Assembly: GCA_965209055.1 (NCBI GenBank)
Contig: OZ242374.1
Span: 4,608,001-4,672,000, forward strand
From: Acidobacteriota bacterium
GTDB taxonomy: Bacteria; Acidobacteriota; UBA6911; RPQK01; JAJDTT01
Length of the DNA: 64,000 nt
Reading direction: 5' to 3'
A model generated the notes under the pieces. The model saw nothing but the letters and a program-made list of their open reading frames with translations, was not told where the DNA came from and searched no databases. Made by a program: the position numbers and the translations under genes. The number at the start of each line of letters is the position of its first letter. Position 1 is the stretch's first letter. Below are positions 29,144 through 38,642 of this stretch, in pieces.

Positions 29144-30832
29144 ATGAACCTGCCCAACGGACGAACCTTCATTTCAGCTACTGCGGCTGCGGCAATGATC
29201 CTGGCGTCCTCGCCGATCCATGGCGCCACTCCAGTCCTGGACGCCATGAAGGAAGAGCTTCAACGCTCGGTCAAGCTCCTATCCCAACAACCGACTCCTG
29301 TCTACTACCTCAGCTTCGAAGTCACTGAAGACCGGAGAGCGATGCTGAGAGCCTCCTTCGGAAACGTCGCCGGCAACTTCGAGAACACGCGGCGCCTGCT
29401 GGACATCGATCTCCGTGTCGGTAGCCCTGATCTGGACAATACACACCTCATCCGCGGCGACTTCTTTGCCAACATGCCCGATTTTTCCATGGTTGAGGTG
29501 CCATTGGAGGACCTGGACGCGCTTCGGAACATCCTTTGGTACGAGACGGACAAGAAATACAAGAAAGCCCGCGAGCAGTTGACCAAGGTCAAGGCCAATG
29601 TACAGGTCAAAGTGAAAGAGGAGGATCAAGCGGGAGATTTCTCGGCGGAGTCGCCTGAAAGTTGGGCCGAAGACCCTGCATCCGTGACCATCGATCAGGC
29701 ATTGTGGGAAGAAAAGCTCCGCAGGTACACGGCCCCCTTTTCAGGTTCCGGCCACATCTACTCGGCCGACGCAACCCTTTCGGCCAACGCCGAGACCCGC
29801 TGGTACGTGAACAGCGAAGGATCCCGGATCCGGACCTCGCAGACCTACTATCGACTGATGATCTCGGCCATCACCAAAGCCGAGGATGGGATGGAGCTGC
29901 CCCGATACGAATCGTTTTTCTCCTTCACCCCCGACGGGCTCCCGGACGACAGCGCCGTGCTCAGCGCTGTGGATGACATGATCCGCGATCTCGAAGCGCT
30001 CAAAGCGGCCCCCGTCGTCGCTCCCTATACCGGCCCCGCCATCCTGTCGGGCCGGGCCAGCGCCGTGTTCTTTCACGAGATCCTGGGCCATCGGGTGGAA
30101 GGACACCGGCACAAGGAAGAAGACGACGCCCAGACCTTCAAGGAAATGGTGAATCAGAAGGTTCTGCCCGAGACCTTTTCGGTCATCTTCGATCCGACGG
30201 TCAAGCGAATTGAATCGACGGATCTGGTCGGCTCCTACCGCTACGACAATCAGGGAGTGAAGTCTCGGCGAGTTCCGGTCATCGAGAACGGGATTCTGAA
30301 GCGATTCCTCATGTCCCGAAAACCGGTCGAGGGCTTCTCGAAATCGAACGGCCACGGCCGCAAACAGGCGGGATTGCCTCCGGTCGCGCGTCAATCGAAT
30401 CTGTTCGTTGAGGTGACCGAGTCCCATACGCGCGAAGAGCTCAAGGCCCGATTGATCGACTTGATCAAGGAGTCTGACAAACCGTTCGGACTCTACTTCG
30501 AAGACGTCCAGGGCGGTTTCACTTTCACGGGAAGAATGATTCCCAACGCCTTCAACGTCCTGCCGATCATGGTCTACCGGATTTTTCCCGACGGACGCGA
30601 GGAGTTGGTTCGCGGCGTCGACCTGATCGGCACGCCGCTGACGACCTTCAGCAAGATCGCCGCTGCGGACAACCAGCTTGAGGCCTTCAACGGAATCTGT
30701 GGAGCAGAGTCGGGCGGCGTGCCTGTGGCCGGCATCTCACCCGCGGTTCTGGTCTCCCAGATCGAGGTGCAAAAGAAGGAGAAATCTCAGGAGCGAACTC
30801 CTATTCTCCCCGCCCCCGTGGACTTGAGATAG
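29144..30832 (+). CDS. TldD-family metalloprotease, catalytic subunit, with signal peptide
   Basis: FFHEILGHRVEG (HExxxH); YDNQGV, IENGIL, SNGHGR and CGAESG motifs; GGAGG RBS. Confidence 0.88.
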   Translation: MNLPNGRTFISATAAAAMILASSPIHGATPVLDAMKEELQRSVKLLSQQPTPVYYLSFEVTEDRRAMLRASFGNVAGNFENTRRLLDIDLRVGSPDLDNTHLIRGDFFANMPDFSMVEVPLEDLDALRNILWYETDKKYKKAREQLTKVKANVQVKVKEEDQAGDFSAESPESWAEDPASVTIDQALWEEKLRRYTAPFSGSGHIYSADATLSANAETRWYVNSEGSRIRTSQTYYRLMISAITKAEDGMELPRYESFFSFTPDGLPDDSAVLSAVDDMIRDLEALKAAPVVAPYTGPAILSGRASAVFFHEILGHRVEGHRHKEEDDAQTFKEMVNQKVLPETFSVIFDPTVKRIESTDLVGSYRYDNQGVKSRRVPVIENGILKRFLMSRKPVEGFSKSNGHGRKQAGLPPVARQSNLFVEVTESHTREELKARLIDLIKESDKPFGLYFEDVQGGFTFTGRMIPNAFNVLPIMVYRIFPDGREELVRGVDLIGTPLTTFSKIAAADNQLEAFNGICGAESGGVPVAGISPAVLVSQIEVQKKEKSQERTPILPAPVDLR

Positions 30833-30933
30833 CCGCCGGAGCGGCAACGAGGAGCGCAGCGAAAATGAAAACCTCGACAAAAGGATGCACCGATCGAAAT
30901 GTGGATCTCCCCTGCCATCCAAGAAGAGTCCCC

Positions 30934-32712
30934 ATGAAATTCGGCCGCCTCCAAATACTCGCGTTCATTTTCTTTTTGGCCTGTCCGTCGCTCCTGGCAC
31001 AGGAAAGCGTCCTGATGAAGGCGTTGCGAGACGAGCTCGGACGGACAATGGAGAAGCTTCAATTGGAGGATATGGAGAGGCCCTATTTCGTCGCCTACTG
31101 GGTTCAGGAGACGAATAGTCTGCGGATCGAAGCCAGTCTGGGTGGACTGCTCGGCAACAGAAAGGCCTCCAACCGTTATCTGTCCGTCCAGTTGAGGGTC
31201 GGTGATCATAGCTTCGACAACACCAACTTTCTCGATACCGCAGGGTTCCGATCCCGAGTCATCCGGGCTGGAGGCCCCACCTACCTGCCTCTCGAAGACG
31301 ACTACGGCGAACTGAGACGGCAGATATGGCTCGCTACCGACGGCGCCTACAAGCAGGCGGTTCAACGCCTCGCCAGGAAGCGCGCGGTTCTTCAGAACAA
31401 GACTCGGGTTGAAGAGGTGGACGACTTCAGTCGGGAGGAACCGGTTGAGTTCAGGGACTCGCGTCCCGCGGTGAAACTGGCCGAGCCCGCCCAGGTGGAG
31501 GCGGCGGTCAAGGAGCTGTCGTCTCTTTTCAAGGAAGCGCCCCACGTCTTTGCTTCGAACGTACGGGCCGAACTCCTCAATACCATGACATATTTCGTCA
31601 ACAGCGAGGGGTCCTCGTATATCAAGAGCGAGCCTTCGGTCTCGATTCGCGTTCTGGCGGAGACCCAGGCCTCAGACGGAGCGGAACTGGCAGACTTCGT
31701 GGTTGCCTACGGACGTTCCTGGGAAGATCTTCCCCGCCGTGCGGAGTTGGAGAAGAAAATCCGGGAGATGGCCACTCACCTGGGCCGTTTGCGGGATGCG
31801 GAGACCGTCGACCTCTACAGTGGGCCGGTCCTGTTCGAAGGGCAGGCGGCGGCCGAACTGGTGAACCAGGGTCTGGTGCCCAAGCTTCTGGCTCAGAGAA
31901 CTCCCATGCTGGACGATCCCAGACGGGAACAGTTCTTCCAACTGGCCCGGAATCCCTTCCAGGACAAGCTGGGCGCCCGCGTTCTCCCTCGATTTCTCTC
32001 GGTCGTCGACAATCCGACTGCAGGGACGTTTGGGGAGATTCCTCTTCTGGGCGGATATCAGGTCGATGAGGAAGGGGTGAGATCGCGGGAAACGACCGTT
32101 ATTCAGCGGGGAATCCTCAAGACGCTCCTGACGACCCGAAACCCCGTCAGAGGAATCCCCAAAAGCACGGGTCACCGGAGAAATATGGGACCGTCCCCGT
32201 CGAATCTGTTCGTACAGGCCCGGAATGCCATGAGTGGTGACGAGATCAAGCAAGAACTTCTGAGTCTCGTGCAGGAACGGGGACTCGATTACGGGATCAT
32301 CGTGCGCAGGATGGGAAACCCGAACCTGAAACTGTCCAGGAACCGGCGCGCTCCACTGATGATGCGGGGAGCCATGAGGGAACCACAAGTCGAACCGGCC
32401 ATTTTGGCGTACAAGTTGCTGCCGGACGGACGGGAAGAGCTGATTCAGAAGGTGGTCCTTTCGGGGTTCAGCGAGTCCAGCTTCAGAGACATCGTTGCGG
32501 CGTCGGACGTGCCCATGAAATACGACACTGAATATCAACGTCGTGCAGGTGGATTCAGCATGCTTTTCGACTTCAGCGCCGGAGGCTCCTTTGGAACGCC
32601 TCTGGTGTCTCTGGTGACACCGTCTCTACTGTTCGAAGATCTGACCTTGAAGAGACCCACGGAGGCCGTCCCCCGTCCGCCCGTGACTCCACCACCTGCT
32701 CGCGGCCAGTAA
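30934..32712 (+). CDS. TldE/PmbA-like partner subunit (no HExxxH), with signal peptide
   Basis: YSGPVLFEG, VDEEGV, IQRGILK, STGH and PSNLF motifs; paralogous to the upstream gene. Confidence 0.82.
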   Translation: MKFGRLQILAFIFFLACPSLLAQESVLMKALRDELGRTMEKLQLEDMERPYFVAYWVQETNSLRIEASLGGLLGNRKASNRYLSVQLRVGDHSFDNTNFLDTAGFRSRVIRAGGPTYLPLEDDYGELRRQIWLATDGAYKQAVQRLARKRAVLQNKTRVEEVDDFSREEPVEFRDSRPAVKLAEPAQVEAAVKELSSLFKEAPHVFASNVRAELLNTMTYFVNSEGSSYIKSEPSVSIRVLAETQASDGAELADFVVAYGRSWEDLPRRAELEKKIREMATHLGRLRDAETVDLYSGPVLFEGQAAAELVNQGLVPKLLAQRTPMLDDPRREQFFQLARNPFQDKLGARVLPRFLSVVDNPTAGTFGEIPLLGGYQVDEEGVRSRETTVIQRGILKTLLTTRNPVRGIPKSTGHRRNMGPSPSNLFVQARNAMSGDEIKQELLSLVQERGLDYGIIVRRMGNPNLKLSRNRRAPLMMRGAMREPQVEPAILAYKLLPDGREELIQKVVLSGFSESSFRDIVAASDVPMKYDTEYQRRAGGFSMLFDFSAGGSFGTPLVSLVTPSLLFEDLTLKRPTEAVPRPPVTPPPARGQ

Positions 32713-32787
32713 CACCTGCGTCCCAATCTCCGCTTCCGCGACGCAGGAAGGCCCCTACCCGCCGCCACTGCCAAGCCCACCCGGCCC

Positions 32788-35391
32788 ATGTACAATGGGG
32801 CCCGGTTCGCCATGACCTGCAAGTTCCGATTTCTCATCATTTTCGGACTGCTCGGTTCCGGCTTCGGGAGGGCCTCCCCTTCAGCGGCGGTCCTGGACGA
32901 GTTGGCCCAGGAAGTCCGGACCCTGCTCGAGAACCATTGCGTTCAATGCCACGGTCCCTCGCAGCAGTTGAACGGCCTCCGCCTGGACAGCCGGGAGGGT
33001 GCGTTGGAGGGGGGCTATTCGGGGACCGCCCTGGTTTTGGGTGACGCCGGCGCCAGCACCCTGATTCAGCGGCTGACCAGCGACGACCCCACTGCTCGCA
33101 TGCCCCTGGCGGCGCCTCCCCTCCATCCGGATCAGATCGAGGTCTTGACCCGCTGGATCGACCAGGGCGCCCCCTGGCCCAGGGACGCAACGGTCCGGGC
33201 AGGCTTGGACTCGGTTTCCTCAAAGACGGACCAACACTGGTCGTTCCGGCCCATTGTCCGGACAGCGCCTCGGACGGAGAAGGCCGGATCCTGGGACCGT
33301 TCGCCCGTCGACTCGTTCATCCGTAACCGTCTGGAGCAGGAAGGGTTGGCCCCCTCCGCGATGGCATCCAAGGAGACCCTCATCCGAAGGGTCAGCGTGG
33401 ATCTGACTGGCCTCCTGCCCAGCGTGGAGGAGGTGGAAGTCTTCTTGCGGGACGATCGACCCGACGCCTATGAGCGCTTGGTGGACCGGCTCCTGGCGTC
33501 GCCCCGTTACGGCGAGAAATGGGCCCGTCACTGGCTGGACCTGGCCCGCTACGCCGACAGCGACGGCTACGAGAAGGACCTCCTCCGTCCCCACGCCTGG
33601 CGCTGGCGGCAGTGGGTGATCCAGGCCCTGAACCGGGACCTTTCCTTCGACGAGTTCACCATCGAGCAGTTGGCCGGCGACCTGCTGCCGGAGGCATCCG
33701 TGGAACAACGGGTCGCCACCGGATTCCTGCGCAGCGGCCTCAAGAACCGGGAAGCGGGCGTGCCTCGAGGCCAGGTCCGGTTCGAGGAGACGGTGGACCA
33801 GACCAACACCATGGGCACGGTCTGGCTGGGCCTGACCCTGGGTTGCGCCCAGTGTCACGACCACAAGTACGATCCCTTGAGCCAGAAGGAGTACTACCAG
33901 TTCCTGGCCTTCTTCAATCAGACCCAGGCCCGGGAGATGGACGCACCGCTCCCCGGAGAAATGGAGCCCTACCTGGAAGAGTTCCCCCGCTACCGCCAGC
34001 AGAGAAAAGAGCTTCTGGACAACGGCGAGATCTCGATTCCCCGGCTGCAGGCGCGATGGGAGACCATGCTCCTGGAGGCGGCGGAGCACCCGGGAAAACA
34101 CTTGGACTGGGACGACATTCTGCGGGGCGCCATTCTCAACGAGTTGGACCGGGCCGTCGAGTTGTTTCGTTCGGGTCCCGCGGGCCGCACCTGGCGGGAA
34201 AACGACCGCGTGACCCACTATTTCTTCAAATACACCGGTCCGGAAATCGCCAGGGACGAGGCCCTGAGCGAGAAGCTGAAGGACCTGAAGGGGAAGCTGG
34301 CCGAGCTGGAAACCTCCTTCCCCGACGTGACACGGGCCTATGTGATCCAGGGCATGCGGGCCGCCACCCATATCGCCCTGCGCGGGGACTACCGGGCTCC
34401 CGGTGTCCAGGTCCAACCCGGTACGCCCGCGTGGTTGCCCTCCTTCCACAACGGTAAGGAGCCACCCCGTCTGCGGTTGGCCCGGTGGCTCGTGGATGAG
34501 GACAATCCCCTGACCGCCCGGGTCGCCGCCAATCGATTCTGGCAGGAACTGTTCGGCAGCGGCCTGGTGAGGACCCCGGAGGATTACGGGATCCAGGGAT
34601 CCAAGCCCTCCCATCCGGCTCTTCTGGACTGGCTGGGTTCCGAATTCATGCGCCAGGAGTGGAGCCGGAAGCAAATGCTGCGCCGGTTGGTGACCTCGGC
34701 CACCTACCGTCAGGCCTCCCGGGTCGAAAGGAATTCAGAGGAGATGGATCCGGAGAACGTCCTGCTGGCCCGTCAGAGCCGGCTGCGCCTCTCCGCCGAG
34801 TTGATCCGCGACGCCGCATTGTCGGCAGCCGGCGTGCTGGATTCGCGAGTCGGCGGCAAGAGCGTTCGTCCCCCTCAGCCCGACTGGGTCTCCGAGATCA
34901 CCTACGGCAAGTCCGACTGGGAGTCCAGTTCCGGTGCGGACCGCTTCCGGCGCGGGCTCTATGTGCTGTTCAAGAGAAGCGCCCCGTATCCCCAGATGGT
35001 GAATTTCGATGCTCCCGACGCCAGCGCCACCGTCTGCCGCCGGGACCGCTCCAACACGGCGCTCCAGGCCCTGAACCTGCTCAACGATCCCGTCTTCCTG
35101 GAAGCCGCCCGGTTCCTGGCGGTGCGCACGCTCCGGGAGGCGCCGCCCCGCTGGGAAGACCGCCTCCATCACATCTACCATCTCTGCTTGAGCCGGGACC
35201 CCGGTCCCGCGGAACTCGGCCGTTTCCGCCGGTTCTTTGAGCGCCAGAGGGCGATTTTCCAGGAGGAACCGGAGTCGGTGAAAGACCTTGCGTCCGGGTC
35301 CGGCTCCGATCTGGATGCTCTGCAGGTGGCGTTGTGGACCACCGCAGCCAGGGCCGTGTTGAACCTGGACGAGTTCATCACCCGGGAATGA
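32788..35391 (+). CDS. PSD1/PSCyt (DUF1549/DUF1553) planctomycete cytochrome c domain protein
   Basis: CVQCH and CAQCHDHKYDP heme motifs; YGEKWARHWLDLARYADS; PSHPALLDWL. Confidence 0.93.
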   Translation: MYNGARFAMTCKFRFLIIFGLLGSGFGRASPSAAVLDELAQEVRTLLENHCVQCHGPSQQLNGLRLDSREGALEGGYSGTALVLGDAGASTLIQRLTSDDPTARMPLAAPPLHPDQIEVLTRWIDQGAPWPRDATVRAGLDSVSSKTDQHWSFRPIVRTAPRTEKAGSWDRSPVDSFIRNRLEQEGLAPSAMASKETLIRRVSVDLTGLLPSVEEVEVFLRDDRPDAYERLVDRLLASPRYGEKWARHWLDLARYADSDGYEKDLLRPHAWRWRQWVIQALNRDLSFDEFTIEQLAGDLLPEASVEQRVATGFLRSGLKNREAGVPRGQVRFEETVDQTNTMGTVWLGLTLGCAQCHDHKYDPLSQKEYYQFLAFFNQTQAREMDAPLPGEMEPYLEEFPRYRQQRKELLDNGEISIPRLQARWETMLLEAAEHPGKHLDWDDILRGAILNELDRAVELFRSGPAGRTWRENDRVTHYFFKYTGPEIARDEALSEKLKDLKGKLAELETSFPDVTRAYVIQGMRAATHIALRGDYRAPGVQVQPGTPAWLPSFHNGKEPPRLRLARWLVDEDNPLTARVAANRFWQELFGSGLVRTPEDYGIQGSKPSHPALLDWLGSEFMRQEWSRKQMLRRLVTSATYRQASRVERNSEEMDPENVLLARQSRLRLSAELIRDAALSAAGVLDSRVGGKSVRPPQPDWVSEITYGKSDWESSSGADRFRRGLYVLFKRSAPYPQMVNFDAPDASATVCRRDRSNTALQALNLLNDPVFLEAARFLAVRTLREAPPRWEDRLHHIYHLCLSRDPGPAELGRFRRFFERQRAIFQEEPESVKDLASGSGSDLDALQVALWTTAARAVLNLDEFITRE

Positions 35392-35394
35392 AAG

Positions 35395-36840
35395 ATGACT
35401 CCCCTTCAACTTCGTGAACTTCAAGGCCGGCGGGACTTCCTGCAGAACTGCGCCTCCGGAATCGGCGTCATGGCCCTGGCCGACCTTCTCACCCTGGACG
35501 GACTGACCGCCGCTCCCACTCCAGGCGGCCCGCTTCAACCGGCGGCGCCCCACTTCGCGCCCAAGGCCAAGAACTTCATCTTCATGTTCATGGAGGGTGG
35601 CCCCAGCCAGTACGAGCTCTTCGATCACAAACCGGCCCTGGACCAATACCACGGCAGCCCGCTTCCCAAGTCCCAGACCGAAGGACTGGAATTCGCCTTC
35701 ATCCAGCCTTCGGCGTCGATCCTGGCCAGCTCCGTCCCCTTCCGGCGCTACGGCCAATGCGGCATGGAGCTCTCGGAGCTGATTCCCCACATCGGCTCCT
35801 GCGCCGACGACATCTGCCTGGTCCGCTCCATGCACACCGACTCCTTCAACCATCACCCGGGACAACTGCTGCTCTTCACCGGAACCATTCAGATGGGCCG
35901 TCCCAGCCTCGGCGCCTGGATCTCCTACGGCCTGGGGAGCGAGTCCCGCAACCTCCCCGGATTCGTGGTCCTGACTTCCGGCCCGGGAGGCACCAGCGGC
36001 GGGTCCACCAATTTCGCCAGCGGATTTCTTCCCTCCCACTACCAGGGAACGGTCTTTCGCCAGTCGGGCGATCCGATTCTCTACCTGGGCAACCCGCCCG
36101 GCGTCAGCCGCTCGACCCAGAGGGCGTCGCTGGACCTGATCCGGGATCTGAACCGGCAACATGGGGAGTCCACCGGAGACGCCGAGATCGCCTCCCGCAT
36201 CTCCAACTACGAGCTGGCGTTCCGCATGCAGACGGCGGCTCCGGAGCTGACCGATCTCTCCACCGAACCGGCCGGGATCCGGGAACTCTATGGCCTCGAC
36301 CGCACGGACAAGGCCGAGCGCCAGTTTGCGGCCAACTGCGTGCTGGCCCGGCGCATGGTGGAGCGGGGCGTCCGTTTCGTCCTGATGATGGACCACGGCT
36401 GGGACGACCACACCGAGATCAACAAGAAGATCCCCAAACGCACCCGCAAGATCGACCGGCCTACGGCGGCTCTGCTCAAGGACCTGAAGCAGCGGGGCCT
36501 GCTGGAGGAGACCCTGGTGGTCTGGGGCGGCGAGTTCGGGCGGACACCCATGGTGGAATTGAGGCGGCCAGAGGACGCCAGCTACGCGGGCCGAGATCAC
36601 CAACCTTCCGCCTACAGCCTCTGGATGGCCGGCGGGGGAATCCAGGGGGGCCAGGTGGTGGGGCGAACCGACGACTTCGGGATCCGGATCGAGGAAGACC
36701 CGATCCACGTCCACGACCTGCAGGCCACCCTGCTGCACTGCCTCGGCCTGGACCACACCCGGCTCACCTACCGCTACATGGGCCGAGAGTTCCGCCTCAC
36801 CGACGTGGCCGGCCGGGTGATGGAGAAACTGTTGGCGTAG
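35395..36840 (+). CDS. DUF1501 family protein, Tat-exported
   Basis: RRDFL; FMEGGPSQ, GRPSLGAW, GWDDH, GEFGRTP and GRDH motifs. Confidence 0.92.
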   Translation: MTPLQLRELQGRRDFLQNCASGIGVMALADLLTLDGLTAAPTPGGPLQPAAPHFAPKAKNFIFMFMEGGPSQYELFDHKPALDQYHGSPLPKSQTEGLEFAFIQPSASILASSVPFRRYGQCGMELSELIPHIGSCADDICLVRSMHTDSFNHHPGQLLLFTGTIQMGRPSLGAWISYGLGSESRNLPGFVVLTSGPGGTSGGSTNFASGFLPSHYQGTVFRQSGDPILYLGNPPGVSRSTQRASLDLIRDLNRQHGESTGDAEIASRISNYELAFRMQTAAPELTDLSTEPAGIRELYGLDRTDKAERQFAANCVLARRMVERGVRFVLMMDHGWDDHTEINKKIPKRTRKIDRPTAALLKDLKQRGLLEETLVVWGGEFGRTPMVELRRPEDASYAGRDHQPSAYSLWMAGGGIQGGQVVGRTDDFGIRIEEDPIHVHDLQATLLHCLGLDHTRLTYRYMGREFRLTDVAGRVMEKLLA

Positions 36841-36854
36841 ACGTTCTGAGATTC

Positions 36855-36898
36855 GGGAGGGGACCTTCCTGTCCCTCCGAGGCAGTGGGGGTAGGAAA
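36855..36898. repeat. REP doublet: one intact unit plus the left half of a REP split by element E1
   Basis: GGGAGGGGACCTTCCTGTCCCTCCGA, then AGTGGGGGT-AGGAAA; the missing arm ACCCCCACTCCC lies at 44893-44904. Confidence 0.75.
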
Positions 36899-36930
36899 TC
36901 CGTTGCTCTGTCCAACTGAGCTACGGGATT
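36892..36930 (-). other. tRNA 5'-half-like sequence forming the att arm of E1 (not a complete tRNA)
   Basis: Minus strand AATCCCG TA GCTC AGTTGGACA GAGC A ACGGA TTTCCTA has canonical acceptor/D-arm/anticodon spacing; no T-arm follows. Confidence 0.8.
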
Positions 36931-36972
36931 GATCCTTTCTTTTCAACCCTTTATCCCAGTTTTTCCCTCGAA

Positions 36973-38058
36973 TCATTTCCCCTTGCTCCCGACCCGTTGC
37001 CTGTTTGTTGCCTGTTGCGTTTGTGAGTCTTCGTTAGCCTGTGCCTCTCGAATGCTCTGGAGCGCATGCGAACTGACGTACCCCGCGTAGCGCATCGTCG
37101 TGCTGATCGCAGAGTGTCCCATCAGCTTCTGCACCGTCCTCACGTCCACGCCCCGCATCAGCCAATGGCTGCAACGGAATCGCCTCAGGTCGTGAAACCC
37201 AACCTTCAATCCCACCCGCTCGGCAGCACGACGTAGAGACTTGTCGGGATTCACCCATCTTGTCCCGGTCCGGCTGTTGACGAAGACGTATGGGATGTTC
37301 AGGTAGCGAACCAGCCCGGCCAGATATCCGGCGGCGTACTTCGAGAGCGGAATCTCTCTCGGTTCGTCGTCCTTGGTGAACTCCACCCACAACATCCGCC
37401 GACTCAGGTCCACCCGGCTCCAGGTGAGCGACAACGCTTCTCCCTTTCGAATCCCCGTCTCGCCGATCACTGCGATCATGGCTTGCATGTAAGGGTTGTC
37501 TATCGCCTCGACCAGGTCGCGGAACTGTTGAACCGCCAAAGGCCGGAAGACCTTCTTCGGCTCCTTTAGTTTGGGGAACCGAACCAGCGGATGTGTGTCC
37601 ACTTCCCCACACTCCAGTGCGTAGGAAAACAGCTTGCTGATGGCCGCAATGTCGCGGTTCACTGTGGCTGGCTGGACCTGTCCCTTCCGTTTCGCGACGT
37701 AGCGGTGGAGGTCCTTGCGCTGGAATTCCTTCAGGGGAATGTTTCCCAGCATGGCGTTGAGGCTCTTGAACGAGAGCGCATAGCGGCGCAAGCAGCGCAG
37801 ACGAGGTTTGCAATACTCCTCGAAAAAACGCTCGTAGAAACTCTGGACCGTCCAGATGGTGCGTTTCCCACCGGCGAGCTCGCGCTTGAGCTGCTTCCAG
37901 GTGCCGTCCAGGATGCTCGACTCGATTCGTGTTTGAAGTGCCTGTGCGCTCCGGTAATTGGGGGCGTACATTCGGAGCCGACCGGATCCGTTCGGCCAGT
38001 ACTTGCTGACGACATACCGCTGTCTCCCCCGGCGGTCCTTCACCTTGTAGATGCCCAT
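36973..38058 (-). CDS. Tyrosine recombinase/integrase (E1)
   Basis: TGIRKGE (R), FTK (K), FHDLRR (HxxR), LMGHS (H), TMRY (Y); AAGGAGG RBS. Confidence 0.95.
   Translation of the reverse strand: MGIYKVKDRRGRQRYVVSKYWPNGSGRLRMYAPNYRSAQALQTRIESSILDGTWKQLKRELAGGKRTIWTVQSFYERFFEEYCKPRLRCLRRYALSFKSLNAMLGNIPLKEFQRKDLHRYVAKRKGQVQPATVNRDIAAISKLFSYALECGEVDTHPLVRFPKLKEPKKVFRPLAVQQFRDLVEAIDNPYMQAMIAVIGETGIRKGEALSLTWSRVDLSRRMLWVEFTKDDEPREIPLSKYAAGYLAGLVRYLNIPYVFVNSRTGTRWVNPDKSLRRAAERVGLKVGFHDLRRFRCSHWLMRGVDVRTVQKLMGHSAISTTMRYAGYVSSHALQSIREAQANEDSQTQQATNRQRVGSKGK
36998..37016. promoter_or_regulatory. Putative integrase arm-type site, left end of E1
   Basis: TGCCTGTTtgtTGCCTGTT, also at 44759-44777, 53847-53864 (variant) and 56762-56780. 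Confidence 0.7.
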
Positions 38059-38642
38059 GCATCTCCTCCTTTCTGGATCCGGGTTCTTCGCCGTGGGGCG
38101 AATCGTACCACGGCTCCAGAGAATCGGCGTAGGCGTTCAGGTCTTCCAAGGCGAAGCCGCGGTAGCGACTACTACCTCCAGTTTAGGGTGAATCCCTCTA
38201 AGGCGGGTGACAAAACTGTCGTCAAAGTCATTCGTAAAAAATCGCTACGCGAGTTGAAGAAGATCGACGAGGCGCGGCCGGGACTCAAATGCGGCCTGGC
38301 GCGGGGTGCCCTCATTGTCGAGCCATCCGTGCCATCGGTTCCCTTCCTCACCCAGTAATCGGCGCGGTCCTTTCCACAGCGCCCAGGGACTTTTCCACGG
38401 AAAAACGGGCGTAGTTCTCTTCTCTTCAAGTCGGTAAGAGCAAGTAGCTAGTTGCAAATAACCGAACCGGGCGGGATGTGGAAACCATCGGAAAGGGAAT
38501 CCGGACCCGGCAGGGTAATGACGGCTTCGTCACAGGCGCAGCCGGCACAGGATCAGAGCAAAGGAGGAAGAGGCTTTTAAGGGGAGGACAAACAGAGACG
38601 AGGAAGGGGTGCGGAGGCACCCGCTCGACTGAGGGAGGCATT

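Noticed and set aside
37034-38149. Long alternative-frame ORF overlapping both integrases (also 53832-54911)
   Set aside because: In this frame the first codon position is the GC-rich third position of int, so stops are naturally rare. The product is Arg/Gly/Pro-rich with no motifs.
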